A DNA stretch of 64,000 bases. It comes from an uncultured Fidelibacterota bacterium. GTDB taxonomy: Bacteria > Fidelibacterota > UBA8477 > JABMPR01. Each line of letters starts with the position of its first letter. The first letter of the stretch is position 1. This document shows, in pieces, positions 27,847 to 40,386 of the stretch. Position numbers and translations under genes: made by a program. The notes beneath the pieces were generated by a model. The model saw only the letters and a list, made by a program, of their open reading frames with translations, did not search any database and was not told the DNA's origin. The stretch is taken from contig CALBFA010000041.1 of the NCBI GenBank assembly GCA_937888365.1, positions 1,689 through 65,688 of the forward strand, read 5' to 3'.

Positions 27847-30800
27847 TGAGGCCTCCTTTGAATAATTCATTGATAAATAATTTTTCGAAAATTACAATCC
27901 GATTAGCTTCACCTGATAAGATTTTAAATGAATCTAGAGGTGAAGTTTTAAATCCGGAAACCATAAACTACCGTACTTATAAACCCGAGAAAGATGGGCT
28001 CTTTTGTGAGCGAATTTTTGGGCCGGTTAAGGACTGGGAATGTCACTGTGGTAAATATAAACGCATCCGATACAAAGGTATTATTTGTGATCGATGCGGT
28101 GTTGAAGTTACACGCAAGAAAGTAAGACGCGAACGTATGGGTCATATTTCCCTTGCGGTTCCTGTTATTCATACGTGGTATTTGCGTAGTATTCCATCAA
28201 CACTTGCTTATACCCTTGGTATTTCTGCAAAAAACCTTGAACGCATCATATATTATGAAGCTTATGTTGTTATTTCTGAAGGTAAAGCCGACGTAACGGT
28301 TGGTGATATTCTTGATGAAGAAGAGTTCATGGAATGGGATGCACTCTATGGTCCCGATGCTGTAGGTGCTGAAGAAGAATCTGTGTTTGTTGGTAAAACA
28401 GGTAGTGAAGCTATATTAAAAATGCTTCAAGATCTAGACATCAAAAAAACAATGCTTTTTCTGAAAGACATTATCGCAACGACACGTAGTCAACAGAAAA
28501 AAGTTGACGCGCTCAAGCGATTAAGAGTCATAAAAGCGTTTGATTTACCGGCTTCAGCTGTGCCTAACAGACCTGAGTGGATGGTGTTGACAATTCTTCC
28601 AGTTATTCCACCCGAACTGCGACCTCTTGTACCACTTGATGGGGGTCGATTTGCCGCATCTGATTTAAATGACCTCTACCGTCGTGTTATCATTCGTAAC
28701 AATCGTTTGCGTCAACTTATCGAGACAAAAGCTCCAGACGTCATTTTAAGAAATGAAAAAAGGATGCTTCAAGAATCCGTTGATGCCTTGTTTGATAACT
28801 CAAGAAAACAAAGCGCTATTCGCAGCGGAACGCGTCGTCCACTTAAATCTTTATCAGATTCTCTTAGTGGAAAACAAGGACGATTCCGTCAAAACTTGTT
28901 GGGTAAACGTGTTGATTATTCCGGACGTTCAGTTATCGTTGTTGGACCAAGTTTAAAATTACACGAATGTGGTATTCCAAAACAAATGGCGATTGAGCTA
29001 TTTAAGCCACATATTGTGAATGAACTTTTGGTTCGCGGATATGCAAAAACGCCGAAACAAGCGAAGGTTCTCGTTGAAGAGCAAGTACCTGAGATTTACG
29101 ATGTACTTGAATATGTGGTTAAAGGCCATCCAATTATGCTTAACCGTGCACCAACACTGCACAGATTAGGTATTCAGGCCTTCCAACCCATTTTAATCAA
29201 CGGAAAAGCTATCCGTCTCCATCCTCTGGTTTGTTCTGCATTTAACGCCGACTTTGATGGTGACCAGATGGCGGTTCATTTACCGCTTTCACCCGAGGCT
29301 ATTGCTGAGGCAAGAATGTTGATGCTTTCAAGCCACAATATTTTACACCCAGCCCATGGTAAACCAATTACGGTACCTTCTCAGGATATGGTTCTTGGTA
29401 GCTACTATCTAACGAAACTTCGCAAAAATGCAAAAGGCGAAGGTATGATATTTAGGGGTGCAACCGAGGCAATGCTTGCTTATGACAATAAAATTGTTGA
29501 TTTGCATGCCATGGTAAAAGCTCGCATTAATGGTAAAATCATTGATACGACAGTCGGTCGATTAATTTTCAATGAACGCGTACCGTCAGAGATGCCATAC
29601 GTAAATGAAATTATTACGAAAAAACGTTTGGAGAAATTGATTGGTGAAGTCTTGCACTCTGCTGGAAACTTCAGAACAGTAATATTTTTAGATGATATCA
29701 AGAAAATGGGATTTGAGTTCGCAACTATTTCCGGGACTTCAATTGCCATTTCTGACATTGTTATTCCGAGTCGTAAGCAAATGTTGCTTGATGAATCCGT
29801 TAAGGAAGTTACAAAAGTTCAAGACGCTCGAGCTGCTGGTTGGTTAACTGAAGGTGAGCGTTATAACAAAATATTAGATATTTGGACCCATACCACAAAC
29901 CAAGTTGCTACGTGGACTTTGGATGGTCTTAAAAATGATAAAGAAGGTTTCAACTCTGTATATATGATGGCTGATTCGGGTGCTCGTGGTTCGAGTGACC
30001 AGATTAAACAGTTAGCGGGTATGCGGGGACTCATGGCGAAACCAAGAAAATCTTTAAAAGGTGGACAAGGCGAGATTATTGAAACGCCCATTGTTTCTAA
30101 CTTTAAAGAGGGTCTTACAGTTTTAGAGTATTTTATCTCAACACACGGTGCACGTAAAGGACTTGCTGACACAGCCTTAAAAACTGCTGATGCTGGTTAC
30201 CTAACAAGACGTTTAGTCGATGTGGCTCAAGATGTTGTTATTTATACGGTGGATTGTGGTACAATTAATGGTATTGATGTCGTTCCACTAAAACAAAATG
30301 ATAAAGTCATCGAAACACTCAAAGATAGAATTGAAGGTCGCGTTTCAGCCGAAGATGTTTTTGATCCAATAACGGATGAACTCATTATTGAAGCGGGTAT
30401 CATGATTTCGACCGATTTAGCGAATAAAGTGTCTCATTCAAATGTTGAAAGAGTGCGTATTCGTTCGGTATTGACGTGTGAAAGTGAATATGGTGTTTGT
30501 TCAAAATGTTATGGCCGAAATTTGGCCACAGGTAAACGAATTGGTCTTGGCGAAGCAGTAGGGATTGTGGCTGCTCAAGCAATTGGGGAGCCTGGTACTC
30601 AGCTAACATTGAGAACATTTCATATTGGTGGTACGGCGGCTCGTATTCTTGAAGAGAGTGAAGCACATGCAAAATTTGCAGGTCGTGTTAGATTTTCTCC
30701 AGGGATGAGGATTGCCCCAAATCCAGAAGGCGAGGGTTATATTGCCCTTGTACGGAATGGATACCTCGAAATCATGGATGACAACAATAGAGCCCTATAT

Positions 30801-32117
30801 AATGCTCCAGTGCCTTATGCATCTGTTCTATTAATTGAAGATGACCAAGCAGTTGAAAAGGATCAAATTTTATATAAATGGGATCCTCGTACTGATTTTA
30901 TTATTGCGCAAACTGATGGACATGCTCGATTTATAGATATTATTGAAGATATTACTTTCATCGAAGAAATTGGTGAGGGTGGCAAGCGTGAACGTACTAT
31001 TATTGATGCACGTGACCGCAAACTAACGCCTCGCATTGAAATAGTTGATAATGATGGAAATCCATTATCCAAAGAAGTCGGAATCCCTGTTGATTCGGTT
31101 ATTGTAGCGAAAGAAGGCATGATTAAAGCAGGATCAATTCTTGCGAAGCTCTCATCCTCTAAAGCTAGAACAGCCGATATTACTGGAGGTTTACCTCGCG
31201 TTGCTGAACTTTTTGAGGCTCGAAATCCTGCTGATCCATCTGTTGTTACGGAAGTGAATGGTATCATCAGTTATGGCGAACTCAAAAGAGGGGCAAGACT
31301 TCTTTATGTCGAAACGGCTGATGGAATTAAATATGAATATTCTATTCCATACGGACGTCATATTATCGTACTTGACGGTGATATGGTTCAAGCTGGTGAT
31401 AGACTTTGTGAAGGACCTGTTTCACCGAAAGATATTCTTCGTATTAAAGGTGAACGTGAAGTACAGGAATACCTAGTAAATGAAATCCAAGAAGTGTATC
31501 GTTTACAAGGTGTTCGTATTAATGATAAACATATAGAAGTAATTGTTCGTCAAATGATGCAGAAAGTCATGATTGATAATCCTGGAGATACTGATTTCTT
31601 ACCTCAGGATCGTGTTAACAAATTTCAATTCCGCAATGAAAATGAAGCGACATTGAAAAAAGTTGTTATCATAAAAGCCGGTGATTCTACTTTCATGGAA
31701 AATCAAATTGTATTGAGAGATGAATTTCAGGCAGTTGTTGAGGCAAATGTTGTGGAAGGTATTCAAGTACCAGAAGCAAGAGACGCCGAGGCAGCTACAC
31801 ACACTTCGCTTCTCCTTGGGATTACGCGTGCATCACTAAATACTGAAAGTGTATTTTCTGCTGCATCCTTCCAGGAAACGACAAGAGTTCTTACAGATGC
31901 TGCTATCAATTCAAAAGTTGATAATCTTAGAGGACTAAAAGAAAATATTATCGTTGGTCGATTAATCCCCGCGGGTACTGGATTACATATGTATCGTAGG
32001 CTTAAAGTTACTGGACCAAACGATGAAACTGCTGATAAAGTACGAGTAATTCGGAGGTCTAGAGAAGACCAAAAAACGACCTCGCGAGACGATGCCAAAG
32101 CAAAGGAAAACGATTAA
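27843..32117 (+). CDS. rpoC: DNA-directed RNA polymerase subunit beta'
   Basis: 1424 aa, NADFDGD catalytic motif, ATGA overlap with rpoB. Confidence 0.95.
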   Translation: MMRPPLNNSLINNFSKITIRLASPDKILNESRGEVLNPETINYRTYKPEKDGLFCERIFGPVKDWECHCGKYKRIRYKGIICDRCGVEVTRKKVRRERMGHISLAVPVIHTWYLRSIPSTLAYTLGISAKNLERIIYYEAYVVISEGKADVTVGDILDEEEFMEWDALYGPDAVGAEEESVFVGKTGSEAILKMLQDLDIKKTMLFLKDIIATTRSQQKKVDALKRLRVIKAFDLPASAVPNRPEWMVLTILPVIPPELRPLVPLDGGRFAASDLNDLYRRVIIRNNRLRQLIETKAPDVILRNEKRMLQESVDALFDNSRKQSAIRSGTRRPLKSLSDSLSGKQGRFRQNLLGKRVDYSGRSVIVVGPSLKLHECGIPKQMAIELFKPHIVNELLVRGYAKTPKQAKVLVEEQVPEIYDVLEYVVKGHPIMLNRAPTLHRLGIQAFQPILINGKAIRLHPLVCSAFNADFDGDQMAVHLPLSPEAIAEARMLMLSSHNILHPAHGKPITVPSQDMVLGSYYLTKLRKNAKGEGMIFRGATEAMLAYDNKIVDLHAMVKARINGKIIDTTVGRLIFNERVPSEMPYVNEIITKKRLEKLIGEVLHSAGNFRTVIFLDDIKKMGFEFATISGTSIAISDIVIPSRKQMLLDESVKEVTKVQDARAAGWLTEGERYNKILDIWTHTTNQVATWTLDGLKNDKEGFNSVYMMADSGARGSSDQIKQLAGMRGLMAKPRKSLKGGQGEIIETPIVSNFKEGLTVLEYFISTHGARKGLADTALKTADAGYLTRRLVDVAQDVVIYTVDCGTINGIDVVPLKQNDKVIETLKDRIEGRVSAEDVFDPITDELIIEAGIMISTDLANKVSHSNVERVRIRSVLTCESEYGVCSKCYGRNLATGKRIGLGEAVGIVAAQAIGEPGTQLTLRTFHIGGTAARILEESEAHAKFAGRVRFSPGMRIAPNPEGEGYIALVRNGYLEIMDDNNRALYNAPVPYASVLLIEDDQAVEKDQILYKWDPRTDFIIAQTDGHARFIDIIEDITFIEEIGEGGKRERTIIDARDRKLTPRIEIVDNDGNPLSKEVGIPVDSVIVAKEGMIKAGSILAKLSSSKARTADITGGLPRVAELFEARNPADPSVVTEVNGIISYGELKRGARLLYVETADGIKYEYSIPYGRHIIVLDGDMVQAGDRLCEGPVSPKDILRIKGEREVQEYLVNEIQEVYRLQGVRINDKHIEVIVRQMMQKVMIDNPGDTDFLPQDRVNKFQFRNENEATLKKVVIIKAGDSTFMENQIVLRDEFQAVVEANVVEGIQVPEARDAEAATHTSLLLGITRASLNTESVFSAASFQETTRVLTDAAINSKVDNLRGLKENIIVGRLIPAGTGLHMYRRLKVTGPNDETADKVRVIRRSREDQKTTSRDDAKAKEND

Positions 32118-32124
32118 AATGAAC

Positions 32125-32153
32125 TTGACTGTGCTAGGGTTGAAAATTATACT
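32125..32153 (+). promoter_or_regulatory. Candidate sigma70-type promoter of the str operon (TTGACT-N17-TATACT)
   Basis: Near-consensus -35/-10 with 17-nt spacer ~27 nt upstream of rpsL ATG; assumes sigma70-like recognition in this organism. Confidence 0.4.
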
Positions 32154-32179
32154 TGGCGGCTTTTTTAAAGGGACAACAA

Positions 32180-32554
32180 ATGCCAACAATTAATCAATTG
32201 GTGCGTAAGGGTCGAACGGCTCTTAGTAAAAAACAAAAGGCGCCAGCGCTTAAAGGAAATCCGCAACGACGCGGTGTATGTACACGAGTTTATACAACGA
32301 CTCCCAAGAAGCCAAACTCGGCTTTGAGGAAAGTTGCACGTGTACGTTTAACAAATGGAATGGAAGTAACGGCTTATATTCCGGGTGAAGGTCACAATCT
32401 TCAAGAACACTCAATTGTGCTCATTGAAGGTGGTAAAGTAAAAGACTTACCTGGAGTTCGTTATCATATTATCCGTGGTACTTTAGATACATCCGGAGTA
32501 GAAAATAGACGTACAAGTCGTTCTCGCTACGGAGCTAAAAAACCCAAATCCTAA
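32180..32554 (+). CDS. rpsL: 30S ribosomal protein S12
   Basis: start trimmed to [12 protein letters not shown]. Confidence 0.95.
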   Translation: MPTINQLVRKGRTALSKKQKAPALKGNPQRRGVCTRVYTTTPKKPNSALRKVARVRLTNGMEVTAYIPGEGHNLQEHSIVLIEGGKVKDLPGVRYHIIRGTLDTSGVENRRTSRSRYGAKKPKS

Positions 32555-32571
32555 TTAGGTAATAGAAAAAT

Positions 32572-33036
32572 ATGAGAAGACGTAGACCAGAAAAAAGAAA
32601 AATTATTGCAGATCCAGTTTATCATGATTTGATGGTTGCAAAATTCATCAACTATGTAATGAGAGAAGGGAAAAAAGGCACTGCTGAACGTATTGTCTAT
32701 ACTGCATTTGATACAATTAAACAAAGAACGAAAACAAATCCTCTTGAACTATTTAAAAAAGGGGTCGAAAATGTTGCCCCCGTATTAGAAGTCAAGTCCA
32801 AAAGGGTTGGTGGTGCTACCTATCAAGTGCCCATTGAAGTCCGTTCAGACAGACGTATGGCCCTTGCTTATCGATGGATTATTCAATATGCACAGTCTCG
32901 TTCGGGAAAAACAATGGCCGGTAAGTTAGCCGCTGAATTGATTTCAGCTGCCAATAACGAAGGTGGTTCAATTAAAAAGCGTGAAGACACGCACCGGATG
33001 GCTGAAGCCAACAAAGCTTTCGCTCATTTTAGATAA
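32572..33036 (+). CDS. rpsG: 30S ribosomal protein S7
   Basis: conserved sequence. Confidence 0.95.
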   Translation: MRRRRPEKRKIIADPVYHDLMVAKFINYVMREGKKGTAERIVYTAFDTIKQRTKTNPLELFKKGVENVAPVLEVKSKRVGGATYQVPIEVRSDRRMALAYRWIIQYAQSRSGKTMAGKLAAELISAANNEGGSIKKREDTHRMAEANKAFAHFR

Positions 33037-35129
33037 TGGCAACCGTTTCTAAAAAAACCGATTTAAACAAGGTTCGTAATATTGGTATTATGGCTCATAT
33101 TGACGCCGGTAAAACCACGACAACTGAAAGAATTTTGTATTATACAGGTAGAACACATCGAATTGGTGAAGTGCACGATGGTGCCGCTACAATGGATTGG
33201 ATGGATCAAGAGCGGGAAAGAGGTATTACAATTACTTCTGCTGCAACAACATGTATGTGGGATAATCATCGTATTAACATCATTGATACACCAGGACATG
33301 TTGATTTTACCGTTGAAGTTGAGCGTTCTCTCCGGGTTTTAGATGGCTCGGTAGCGCTATTTTGTGCTGTCGGAGGCGTCGAACCACAGAGTGAAACAGT
33401 TTGGAGACAAGCCGATAAATACGGCGTCCCTCGCATTGCATTTGTCAATAAAATGGATCGTGTCGGAGCTGATTTCTATAACGTTTTAGAAATGATTAAA
33501 AAACGCTTAGGCGCTAATCCCGTTCCCGTTGTATTGCCTATCGGAGCGGGTGAACTCTTTACAGGACTCGTTGACTTACTTTCCATGAAAACGATTCTCT
33601 ATAATGAAACGAGTATGGGTGCCCACTATGATTTGGGCGAAATACCAAAAGACATGGAAGAAATCGTTAAAGAATATAGACATAAGCTTATCGAAGAAGT
33701 TGCTTCTTATGATGATGTCTTATTAGAAAAATATCTCGAAGGTGAAGAATTAGATATCGCAGAAATCAAAGTAGCTATTCGTAAAGCAACACTTGATGGT
33801 GCAATGATTCCAACTTTAGCCGGTTCAGCCTTTAAAAATAAAGGTGTTCAAAGATTACTTGATGCAGTCGTAGATTATTTACCATCACCTATGGATTTAC
33901 CAGATGTTGAAGGTCATGATGTTTATGACAGCGAAAAAGTTATTACACGTCCACCTGATGTGAATGCGCCTTTTTCGGCTCTCGCATTTAAAATTATGAC
34001 AGATCCCTATGTTGGGAAATTAACATTTTTTAGAGTGTATTCAGGCACTGTCCATGCTGGAGATGCCGTTTACAATCCTGTTAGAGGGAAAAAAGAGCGT
34101 ATCGGTCGATTGATGGTGATGCATTCTATAAAACGCGAAGAGCGTGAATTTATCGAGACAGGAGAGATTGCAGCAGCTATCGGATTGAAAACTACACGGA
34201 CCGGTGATACAATTTGTGATATTAAGAATCCAATTATTCTTGAATCAATGGTGTTCCCTGAGCCTGTTATTTCTGTAGCAATCGAACCTGAATCAAAGGC
34301 TGATAATGATGCATTATCAAATGCACTTATTAAACTAGCCGAAGAAGATCCAACTTTCATTGTGAATATGGATCATGATACTGGGCAAACGATTATTCGT
34401 GGTATGGGCGAGCTCCACCTTGATATTATTGTGGATCGCATTATGCGCGAATTTAAAGTAAATGCACGCGTTGGGACACCACAAGTCGCATTTGTAGAAG
34501 CCATTACTAAGAACGTTAAACAAGAAACTAAATTTGCGAAACAATCAGGTGGTAAAGGCCAATTTGCACATGTGTATATTAATGTAGGGCCGAACGAACC
34601 TGGCAAAGGTTATCATTTTGAAAGCAAGATTGTTGGGGGATCGATTCCAAAAGAATATATCCCAGCAGTTGAAAAAGGAATCGGTGAAGCATTGAAAAAC
34701 GGTGTTTTAGCGGGCTTCCCAATTCCAGATGTTCGCGTTGAACTTTATGATGGATCATTCCATCAAGTCGATTCATCAGAAATGGCTTTTAAAATCGCTG
34801 GTTCCATGGCTATTCAGGCTGCATGTAAAAAAGCGTCTCCTGTACTTATGGAGCCGATAATGGATGTTGAAGTTATTGTCCCTGATGAATATTTAGGTGA
34901 TGTGATGGGTGATATAACGTCCAGACGTGGACATATTCAAGGAATGACACCTCGTAAAGATGCGCAAGTAATTAAAGCTTTTGTTCCTTTATCCAACATG
35001 TTTGGATACGCAACCGACCTTCGTTCTATAACGCAAGGACGGGCAGTATTTACAATGCAATTTGATCATTTTGATAAAGTACCCGCCAGTGTTTCGAAAG
35101 AAATAATGGAAAAGATACAAGGTAAATAA
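33036..35129 (+). CDS. fusA: Elongation factor G
   Basis: 697 aa, [10 protein letters not shown]-loop; TAATG overlap with rpsG. Confidence 0.95.
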   Translation: MATVSKKTDLNKVRNIGIMAHIDAGKTTTTERILYYTGRTHRIGEVHDGAATMDWMDQERERGITITSAATTCMWDNHRINIIDTPGHVDFTVEVERSLRVLDGSVALFCAVGGVEPQSETVWRQADKYGVPRIAFVNKMDRVGADFYNVLEMIKKRLGANPVPVVLPIGAGELFTGLVDLLSMKTILYNETSMGAHYDLGEIPKDMEEIVKEYRHKLIEEVASYDDVLLEKYLEGEELDIAEIKVAIRKATLDGAMIPTLAGSAFKNKGVQRLLDAVVDYLPSPMDLPDVEGHDVYDSEKVITRPPDVNAPFSALAFKIMTDPYVGKLTFFRVYSGTVHAGDAVYNPVRGKKERIGRLMVMHSIKREEREFIETGEIAAAIGLKTTRTGDTICDIKNPIILESMVFPEPVISVAIEPESKADNDALSNALIKLAEEDPTFIVNMDHDTGQTIIRGMGELHLDIIVDRIMREFKVNARVGTPQVAFVEAITKNVKQETKFAKQSGGKGQFAHVYINVGPNEPGKGYHFESKIVGGSIPKEYIPAVEKGIGEALKNGVLAGFPIPDVRVELYDGSFHQVDSSEMAFKIAGSMAIQAACKKASPVLMEPIMDVEVIVPDEYLGDVMGDITSRRGHIQGMTPRKDAQVIKAFVPLSNMFGYATDLRSITQGRAVFTMQFDHFDKVPASVSKEIMEKIQGK

Positions 35130-35148
35130 TAGTTAGAGGATTATAGAT

Positions 35149-36342
35149 ATGGCTAAGAAAAAGTATGAGCGCACGAAGCCTCACGTTAATGTAGGAACAA
35201 TAGGTCATGTTGACCATGGGAAGACGACATTAACGGCAGCAATCACGGTAGTATTATCGAATGACGGATTGAGTGAAGTCCGTTCATTTGACAGTATTGA
35301 TAATGCACCAGAAGAGCGTGAACGAGGAATCACAATTGCGACAGCCCACGTAGAGTATGAGACGGAAAATCGTCATTATGCCCACGTTGACTGTCCAGGA
35401 CACGCGGACTATATCAAAAATATGATAACAGGAGCCGCCCAAATGGACGGCGCGATCCTGGTTGTAAGTGCCGCAGACGGCGCGATGCCTCAGACCCGTG
35501 AGCACGTATTACTTGCCAAGCAGGTAAACGTCCCCTCAATCGTAATATTCATGAATAAAGTAGACCAAGTAGATGATGATGAGTTATTGGACTTGGTAGA
35601 GATGGAATTACGTGAATTATTAGATGAATATGATTTTCCAGGTGATGATACACCTGTCATACGAGGAAGTGCATTACGAGCTTTAGGCAATCCTACAGAT
35701 CCTGAAGCAACAGCGTGTATCCATGAGTTGATGGCAGCGGTAGATTCATTTATCCCCGAACCCGAACGAGATGTAGACAAGCCCTTTTTAATGCCTGTAG
35801 AAGATGTATTTAGTATCACAGGTCGTGGTACGGTAGGAACGGGGAGAATTGAACGAGGGATCGTAAAAGTAGGCGAAGAAGTTGAAATCATAGGTATGGT
35901 TGAAGAGTCGAAGAAAACGACAGTAACGGGAGTAGAGATGTTCCGTAAGTTGTTAGACTCAGGCCAAGCAGGTGATAATGTAGGTTTATTATTACGAGGA
36001 ATCGATAAAGAGTGGCTCCAGCGTGGAATGGTCATCGCCAAACCTGGTAGTGTAAAACCACACAAGAAATTTAAGGCAGAAGTCTATGTGTTGAAGAAAG
36101 AAGAAGGGGGTCGTCATACACCATTTTTTAATGGATATCGTCCCCAGTTTTATTTTCGCACGACGGATGTAACAGGTATCGTAGATTTACCTGAAGGAAC
36201 AGAAATGGTAATGCCAGGTGACAATGTGACTGTAACAATCTCATTGATAGCGCCCATCGCAATGGATCCAGAATTGCGTTTTGCTATCCGTGAAGGTGGT
36301 CATACTGTTGGCGCTGGTGTCGTAACTGAGATAATCGAATAA
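35149..36342 (+). CDS. tuf: Elongation factor Tu (copy 2)
   Basis: Identical protein and identical antisense shadow ORFs to copy 1. Confidence 0.95.
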   Translation: MAKKKYERTKPHVNVGTIGHVDHGKTTLTAAITVVLSNDGLSEVRSFDSIDNAPEERERGITIATAHVEYETENRHYAHVDCPGHADYIKNMITGAAQMDGAILVVSAADGAMPQTREHVLLAKQVNVPSIVIFMNKVDQVDDDELLDLVEMELRELLDEYDFPGDDTPVIRGSALRALGNPTDPEATACIHELMAAVDSFIPEPERDVDKPFLMPVEDVFSITGRGTVGTGRIERGIVKVGEEVEIIGMVEESKKTTVTGVEMFRKLLDSGQAGDNVGLLLRGIDKEWLQRGMVIAKPGSVKPHKKFKAEVYVLKKEEGGRHTPFFNGYRPQFYFRTTDVTGIVDLPEGTEMVMPGDNVTVTISLIAPIAMDPELRFAIREGGHTVGAGVVTEIIE

Positions 36343-36363
36343 AACGTAAAGGATAGCAAACTA

Positions 36364-36672
36364 ATGCCATCACAAATCATTCGAATTAGTCTCCAAGCAT
36401 ACGATCATAACTTGCTAGACAAGAGTACGGCAAGAATCGTCCAAACAGCCAAATCAACTGGTGCTGTGATTAGCGGTCCGATTCCACTGCCCACGAAACG
36501 TTCAATAGCTACGGTGTTAAGATCACCGCACGTGAACAAAAAATCCCGTGAGCAGTTTCAGACCAAAATTCACAAACGAATCGTAGATATTCATCAAGCT
36601 TCAAGTAAAACAGTTGATGCTTTGATGAAACTCGATTTACCCGCTGGTGTAGATATCGAAATAAAGGTATAG
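36364..36672 (+). CDS. rpsJ: 30S ribosomal protein S10
   Basis: conserved. Confidence 0.95.
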   Translation: MPSQIIRISLQAYDHNLLDKSTARIVQTAKSTGAVISGPIPLPTKRSIATVLRSPHVNKKSREQFQTKIHKRIVDIHQASSKTVDALMKLDLPAGVDIEIKV

Positions 36673-36684
36673 GCAGGTTTACGT

Positions 36685-37305
36685 ATGAAGGGATTAATAG
36701 GTCAAAAAATGGGCATGACACAAGTATGGGACAACGCAGGAAAAATTTATCCTGTTACTGTTTTAGAAGTAGGCCCATGTGTCATTACTCAAATCAAAAC
36801 ACTCGAAACTGACGGGTATAATTCAGTTCAATTAAGTTTTAAAGATAAGAAACCTAGCCGTGTTAATAAACCAGCTATGGGTCATTTTAACAAAGCTGGA
36901 GCACCTGCAAAATACATCACAAAAGAATTCAGAGAGATGAGTCCTTTAGATAAAAAGATGGGTGAAAACTTTGATGCTAGTTTATTCAAGCCTGGTGAGA
37001 TGGTTAATGTCACAGGTACATCAAAAGGTAAAGGAAATGCCGGTGTTATGAAAGCTCATAACTTTAAGGGAGGTTCTTCTTCACACGGTAAATCTGATCA
37101 GCTGAGAAAAGGTGGTTCTATTGGAGCGAGTTCGGATCCAAGTAGAGTATTTCCTGGTACTAAGATGGCAAAACGTCTTGGTGGCACGAAAAGCACTGTC
37201 CGAAATCTAACAATTGTTTCAGTAGATGCTGAAAAAAATATAATCATGGTAAAAGGCGCTGTTGCAGGCCCTCGCAATGGTTTTATCTACGTAACTAAGA
37301 GTTGA
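36685..37305 (+). CDS. rplC: 50S ribosomal protein L3
   Basis: conserved. Confidence 0.95.
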   Translation: MKGLIGQKMGMTQVWDNAGKIYPVTVLEVGPCVITQIKTLETDGYNSVQLSFKDKKPSRVNKPAMGHFNKAGAPAKYITKEFREMSPLDKKMGENFDASLFKPGEMVNVTGTSKGKGNAGVMKAHNFKGGSSSHGKSDQLRKGGSIGASSDPSRVFPGTKMAKRLGGTKSTVRNLTIVSVDAEKNIIMVKGAVAGPRNGFIYVTKS

Positions 37306-37937
37306 CTATGAAATTAGATATATTAAAAACAAACGGAAAAAAAGCGGGTACAAAGATTGAAGCACAAGATTCAGTTTTTGCGGTAACCCCTAATGAACAT
37401 GTTGTATATCTTTCTGTCAAAGCTGAATTAGCAGCCTTAAGAGCAGGAACGCATAAAACCAAAACGCGTGCCGAGGTTTCGGGTGGTGGTAAAAAACCAT
37501 ATAAACAAAAAGGTCGCGGTGGTGCTCGTGCTGGTTCTACTCGCTCACCCATTTGGGTTGGTGGTGGACATGCTTTTGCTTTAGAACCAAGAGATTATTC
37601 TATAAAACTACCACGGAAAGTTCGTCAACTTGCTCGTAGATCGGTATTGTCTGACAAAATCAATCAAAATGCAATTATTGTTTTGGATGAATTAAAAGTG
37701 GGTGCTCCAAAAACTAAAGAATTTTTAAGTTTATTGGGAAATCTAGGTTTGACAGGAAAAAAACTATTAATATTAACAAGTTATTTTAATGAAGATTTAT
37801 ATTTAGCAGGTCGCAATATTAAAAATATTGCCATTATTGAGGCATCCTCAGCATCAGCTTATGATCTTATCGATAATGAAGTCATTCTTACGGATGTCGC
37901 TTCAATCGAAATTTTAAATAACATGCTTAGCAATTGA
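37302..37937 (+). CDS. rplD: 50S ribosomal protein L4
   Basis: conserved. Confidence 0.9.
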   Translation: MTMKLDILKTNGKKAGTKIEAQDSVFAVTPNEHVVYLSVKAELAALRAGTHKTKTRAEVSGGGKKPYKQKGRGGARAGSTRSPIWVGGGHAFALEPRDYSIKLPRKVRQLARRSVLSDKINQNAIIVLDELKVGAPKTKEFLSLLGNLGLTGKKLLILTSYFNEDLYLAGRNIKNIAIIEASSASAYDLIDNEVILTDVASIEILNNMLSN

Positions 37938-37950
37938 ATCGGAGTATTGA

Positions 37951-38265
37951 ATGGAACAGAATAAAATTATACAACCGATTCTTTCTGAAAAAATGGCTAA
38001 TCTTCAGGAAACTGAAAGAAAATACGCCTTTCGGGTTGCAAAGGATCTAAATAAAATTGGCATTAAAAAAGCTATTGAAACGAGATTTAATGTTCAAGTT
38101 CACAAAGTTGCAGTCATGAATGTGAACGGTAAAATTAAAAATCAAACTATGCGTAGTGGTGGCCGTGTTATTCGCACAAAAGGAGCTAAAGCTTCATGGA
38201 AAAAAGCCATTGTAACATTGCGTGACGGAGAAAAGATTGATTTTTTCCGTGATGAACAGGCATAG
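37951..38265 (+). CDS. rplW: 50S ribosomal protein L23
   Basis: conserved. Confidence 0.9.
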   Translation: MEQNKIIQPILSEKMANLQETERKYAFRVAKDLNKIGIKKAIETRFNVQVHKVAVMNVNGKIKNQTMRSGGRVIRTKGAKASWKKAIVTLRDGEKIDFFRDEQA

Positions 38266-38276
38266 GGTATAATAAT

Positions 38277-39104
38277 ATGGCAGTAAAAACATATAAACCT
38301 ATTACACCAGGGCAGAGATTTAAAACGACGTCGTCTTTTGAAGAAATTACACGAAATGATCCGGAAAAATCTCTTTTAACAGCAATCAAAAAAACTGGTG
38401 GTAGAAATAATTTAGGTCGTATAACATCTAGAAGACGCGGTGGAGGTCACAAACGTTTCTATAGAATCATTGATTTTAAAAGAAATAAATTTGGAATCCC
38501 TGCTCACGTTGATTCTATTGAATATGATCCAAACAGATCGGCAAATATTGCGTTGTTAATATATGCAGATGGTGAAAAAAGATATATCCTTTCTCCAAAC
38601 GGACTTTCTGTAAACGATAGTTTAATTTCAGATGAGAGCACCGCTATTAAAGTTGGAAACTCAGCTTCATTGAACAGTATTCCAAACGGTACCATTGTTC
38701 ATAATATCGAAATGAAAGTTAGCAAGGGGGGTCAAATTTGTAGAGCTGCGGGAGCAGGAGCTCAGATTATGGCTAAAGAGGGAAATTACGTAACATTAAA
38801 ATTACCTTCCGGTGAAATGCGCATGATACACAAAAATTGTCATGCAACCATTGGTGAAGTAGGTAATAAAGAGCATGAAAATATTTCGATTGGTAAGGCG
38901 GGTCGTTCTAGATGGATGGGTCGTAGACCAAAAGTACGTGGTGTTGTCATGAACCCAGTTGATCACCCAATGGGTGGTGGTGAGGGGAAAAGTTCCGGTG
39001 GTGGACATCCTCGCACACCTTGGGGTAAACCAACTAAAGGCTACAAAACGCGTAAGAAGACTAAAGCTTCGAACAAGTATATTGTTTCGCGCAGGAAGAA
39101 ATAG
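38277..39104 (+). CDS. rplB: 50S ribosomal protein L2
   Basis: conserved. Confidence 0.95.
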   Translation: MAVKTYKPITPGQRFKTTSSFEEITRNDPEKSLLTAIKKTGGRNNLGRITSRRRGGGHKRFYRIIDFKRNKFGIPAHVDSIEYDPNRSANIALLIYADGEKRYILSPNGLSVNDSLISDESTAIKVGNSASLNSIPNGTIVHNIEMKVSKGGQICRAAGAGAQIMAKEGNYVTLKLPSGEMRMIHKNCHATIGEVGNKEHENISIGKAGRSRWMGRRPKVRGVVMNPVDHPMGGGEGKSSGGGHPRTPWGKPTKGYKTRKKTKASNKYIVSRRKK

Positions 39105-39113
39105 GGATTTGAT

Positions 39114-39386
39114 ATGCCAAGATCGATAAAAAAGGGTCCCGTTGTTGAAGAAAAATTGTTAAAAAAAGCTACTGCGGCCAAAGAGGGCAAAAAACGTGTT
39201 GTCATTAAGACTTGGTCTCGTAGAAGTGTAATCATTCCTGACTTTGTCGGGTTAACATTTGCGGTTCATAACGGAAAGAAATTCATCCCTGTATTTATAA
39301 CAGAAAACATGGTCGGACATAAACTAGGAGAGTTTTCACCGACTAGGACTTTTCGTGGTCATCCCGATAAGTCCAAATCGAGGTAA
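39114..39386 (+). CDS. rpsS: 30S ribosomal protein S19
   Basis: conserved. Confidence 0.95.
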   Translation: MPRSIKKGPVVEEKLLKKATAAKEGKKRVVIKTWSRRSVIIPDFVGLTFAVHNGKKFIPVFITENMVGHKLGEFSPTRTFRGHPDKSKSR

Positions 39387-39730
39387 TGATGGAAGCAATT
39401 GCAAAGGCTAAATATATAAGGCAATCCGCAAGAAAAGTACGACATGTACTTGATCTTGTACGGGAGTTGCATGTTGAGAAAGCCCTCAATATTTTACATT
39501 TCTCAACAAAAAAGGCATCAGTTGTTATTGAAAAGACGATTCGTTCAGCTGTTGCTAATGCAGTAAATGCTCCAAATTCTGAAATTAATGCAGACAATTT
39601 ATACATTACAACTGCATTTTGTGATGAAGGTCCAACAATGAAACGATTTCGTCCTAGAGCAATGGGAAGAGCGACCGTTATACGTCGCCGAAGTAGTCAT
39701 CTAACCATCGTCGTAGCAGAAAAGAAATAG
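39386..39730 (+). CDS. rplV: 50S ribosomal protein L22
   Basis: conserved. Confidence 0.9.
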   Translation: MMEAIAKAKYIRQSARKVRHVLDLVRELHVEKALNILHFSTKKASVVIEKTIRSAVANAVNAPNSEINADNLYITTAFCDEGPTMKRFRPRAMGRATVIRRRSSHLTIVVAEKK

Positions 39731-39739
39731 GAGCAGAAT

Positions 39740-40375
39740 TTGGGACAAAAAACACATCCTATCGGTTTTAGATTAGGTTTCAATAAAAACTGGTTGTCAA
39801 ATTGGTTTGATGAAAAGAATTTTGCCGAGAAGTTAAACGAAGATTTATTAGTACGTAAATATCTCTTTAAAAGACTAGAGCATGCTGCTGTAGCAAGTAT
39901 TGAGATTTTACGGACATCGAAAAGGATAACGATAGCAATACATACTGCTCGACCTGGTGTTGTGATAGGCCCAAAAGGGGCTGAAGTTGATCAACTTAAA
40001 GAAGAAATTCGTTCATTAACGCATAATGATGTTGTTATTAAAGTTAATGAAATAAAAAGACCAGAACTGAGTGCTCGATTAGTAGGGCAAAATATTGCTA
40101 GCCAACTCGTTAAGAAAATATCTTTTAGAAGAGCTATAAAAAAGGCTATTCAATCCACGATGCGAATGAGTGCAGAAGGCATCAAAGTTTCTGTCTCGGG
40201 TCGTCTTGGTGGTGCTGAAATGTCTAGAAAAGAAACTTTTCACGAAGGCCGGGTTCCATTACATACATTACGTTCAGATATTGATTATGCTTTAGTTGAA
40301 GCACATACAACTTATGGTATTATTGGTGTGAAGGTATGGATTTGTAACGGTGAAGCTGTCGGCGTAGTTGGTTAA
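39740..40375 (+). CDS. rpsC: 30S ribosomal protein S3
   Basis: conserved. Confidence 0.95.
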   Translation: MGQKTHPIGFRLGFNKNWLSNWFDEKNFAEKLNEDLLVRKYLFKRLEHAAVASIEILRTSKRITIAIHTARPGVVIGPKGAEVDQLKEEIRSLTHNDVVIKVNEIKRPELSARLVGQNIASQLVKKISFRRAIKKAIQSTMRMSAEGIKVSVSGRLGGAEMSRKETFHEGRVPLHTLRSDIDYALVEAHTTYGIIGVKVWICNGEAVGVVG

Positions 40376-40386
40376 GGAGCTTTAAT

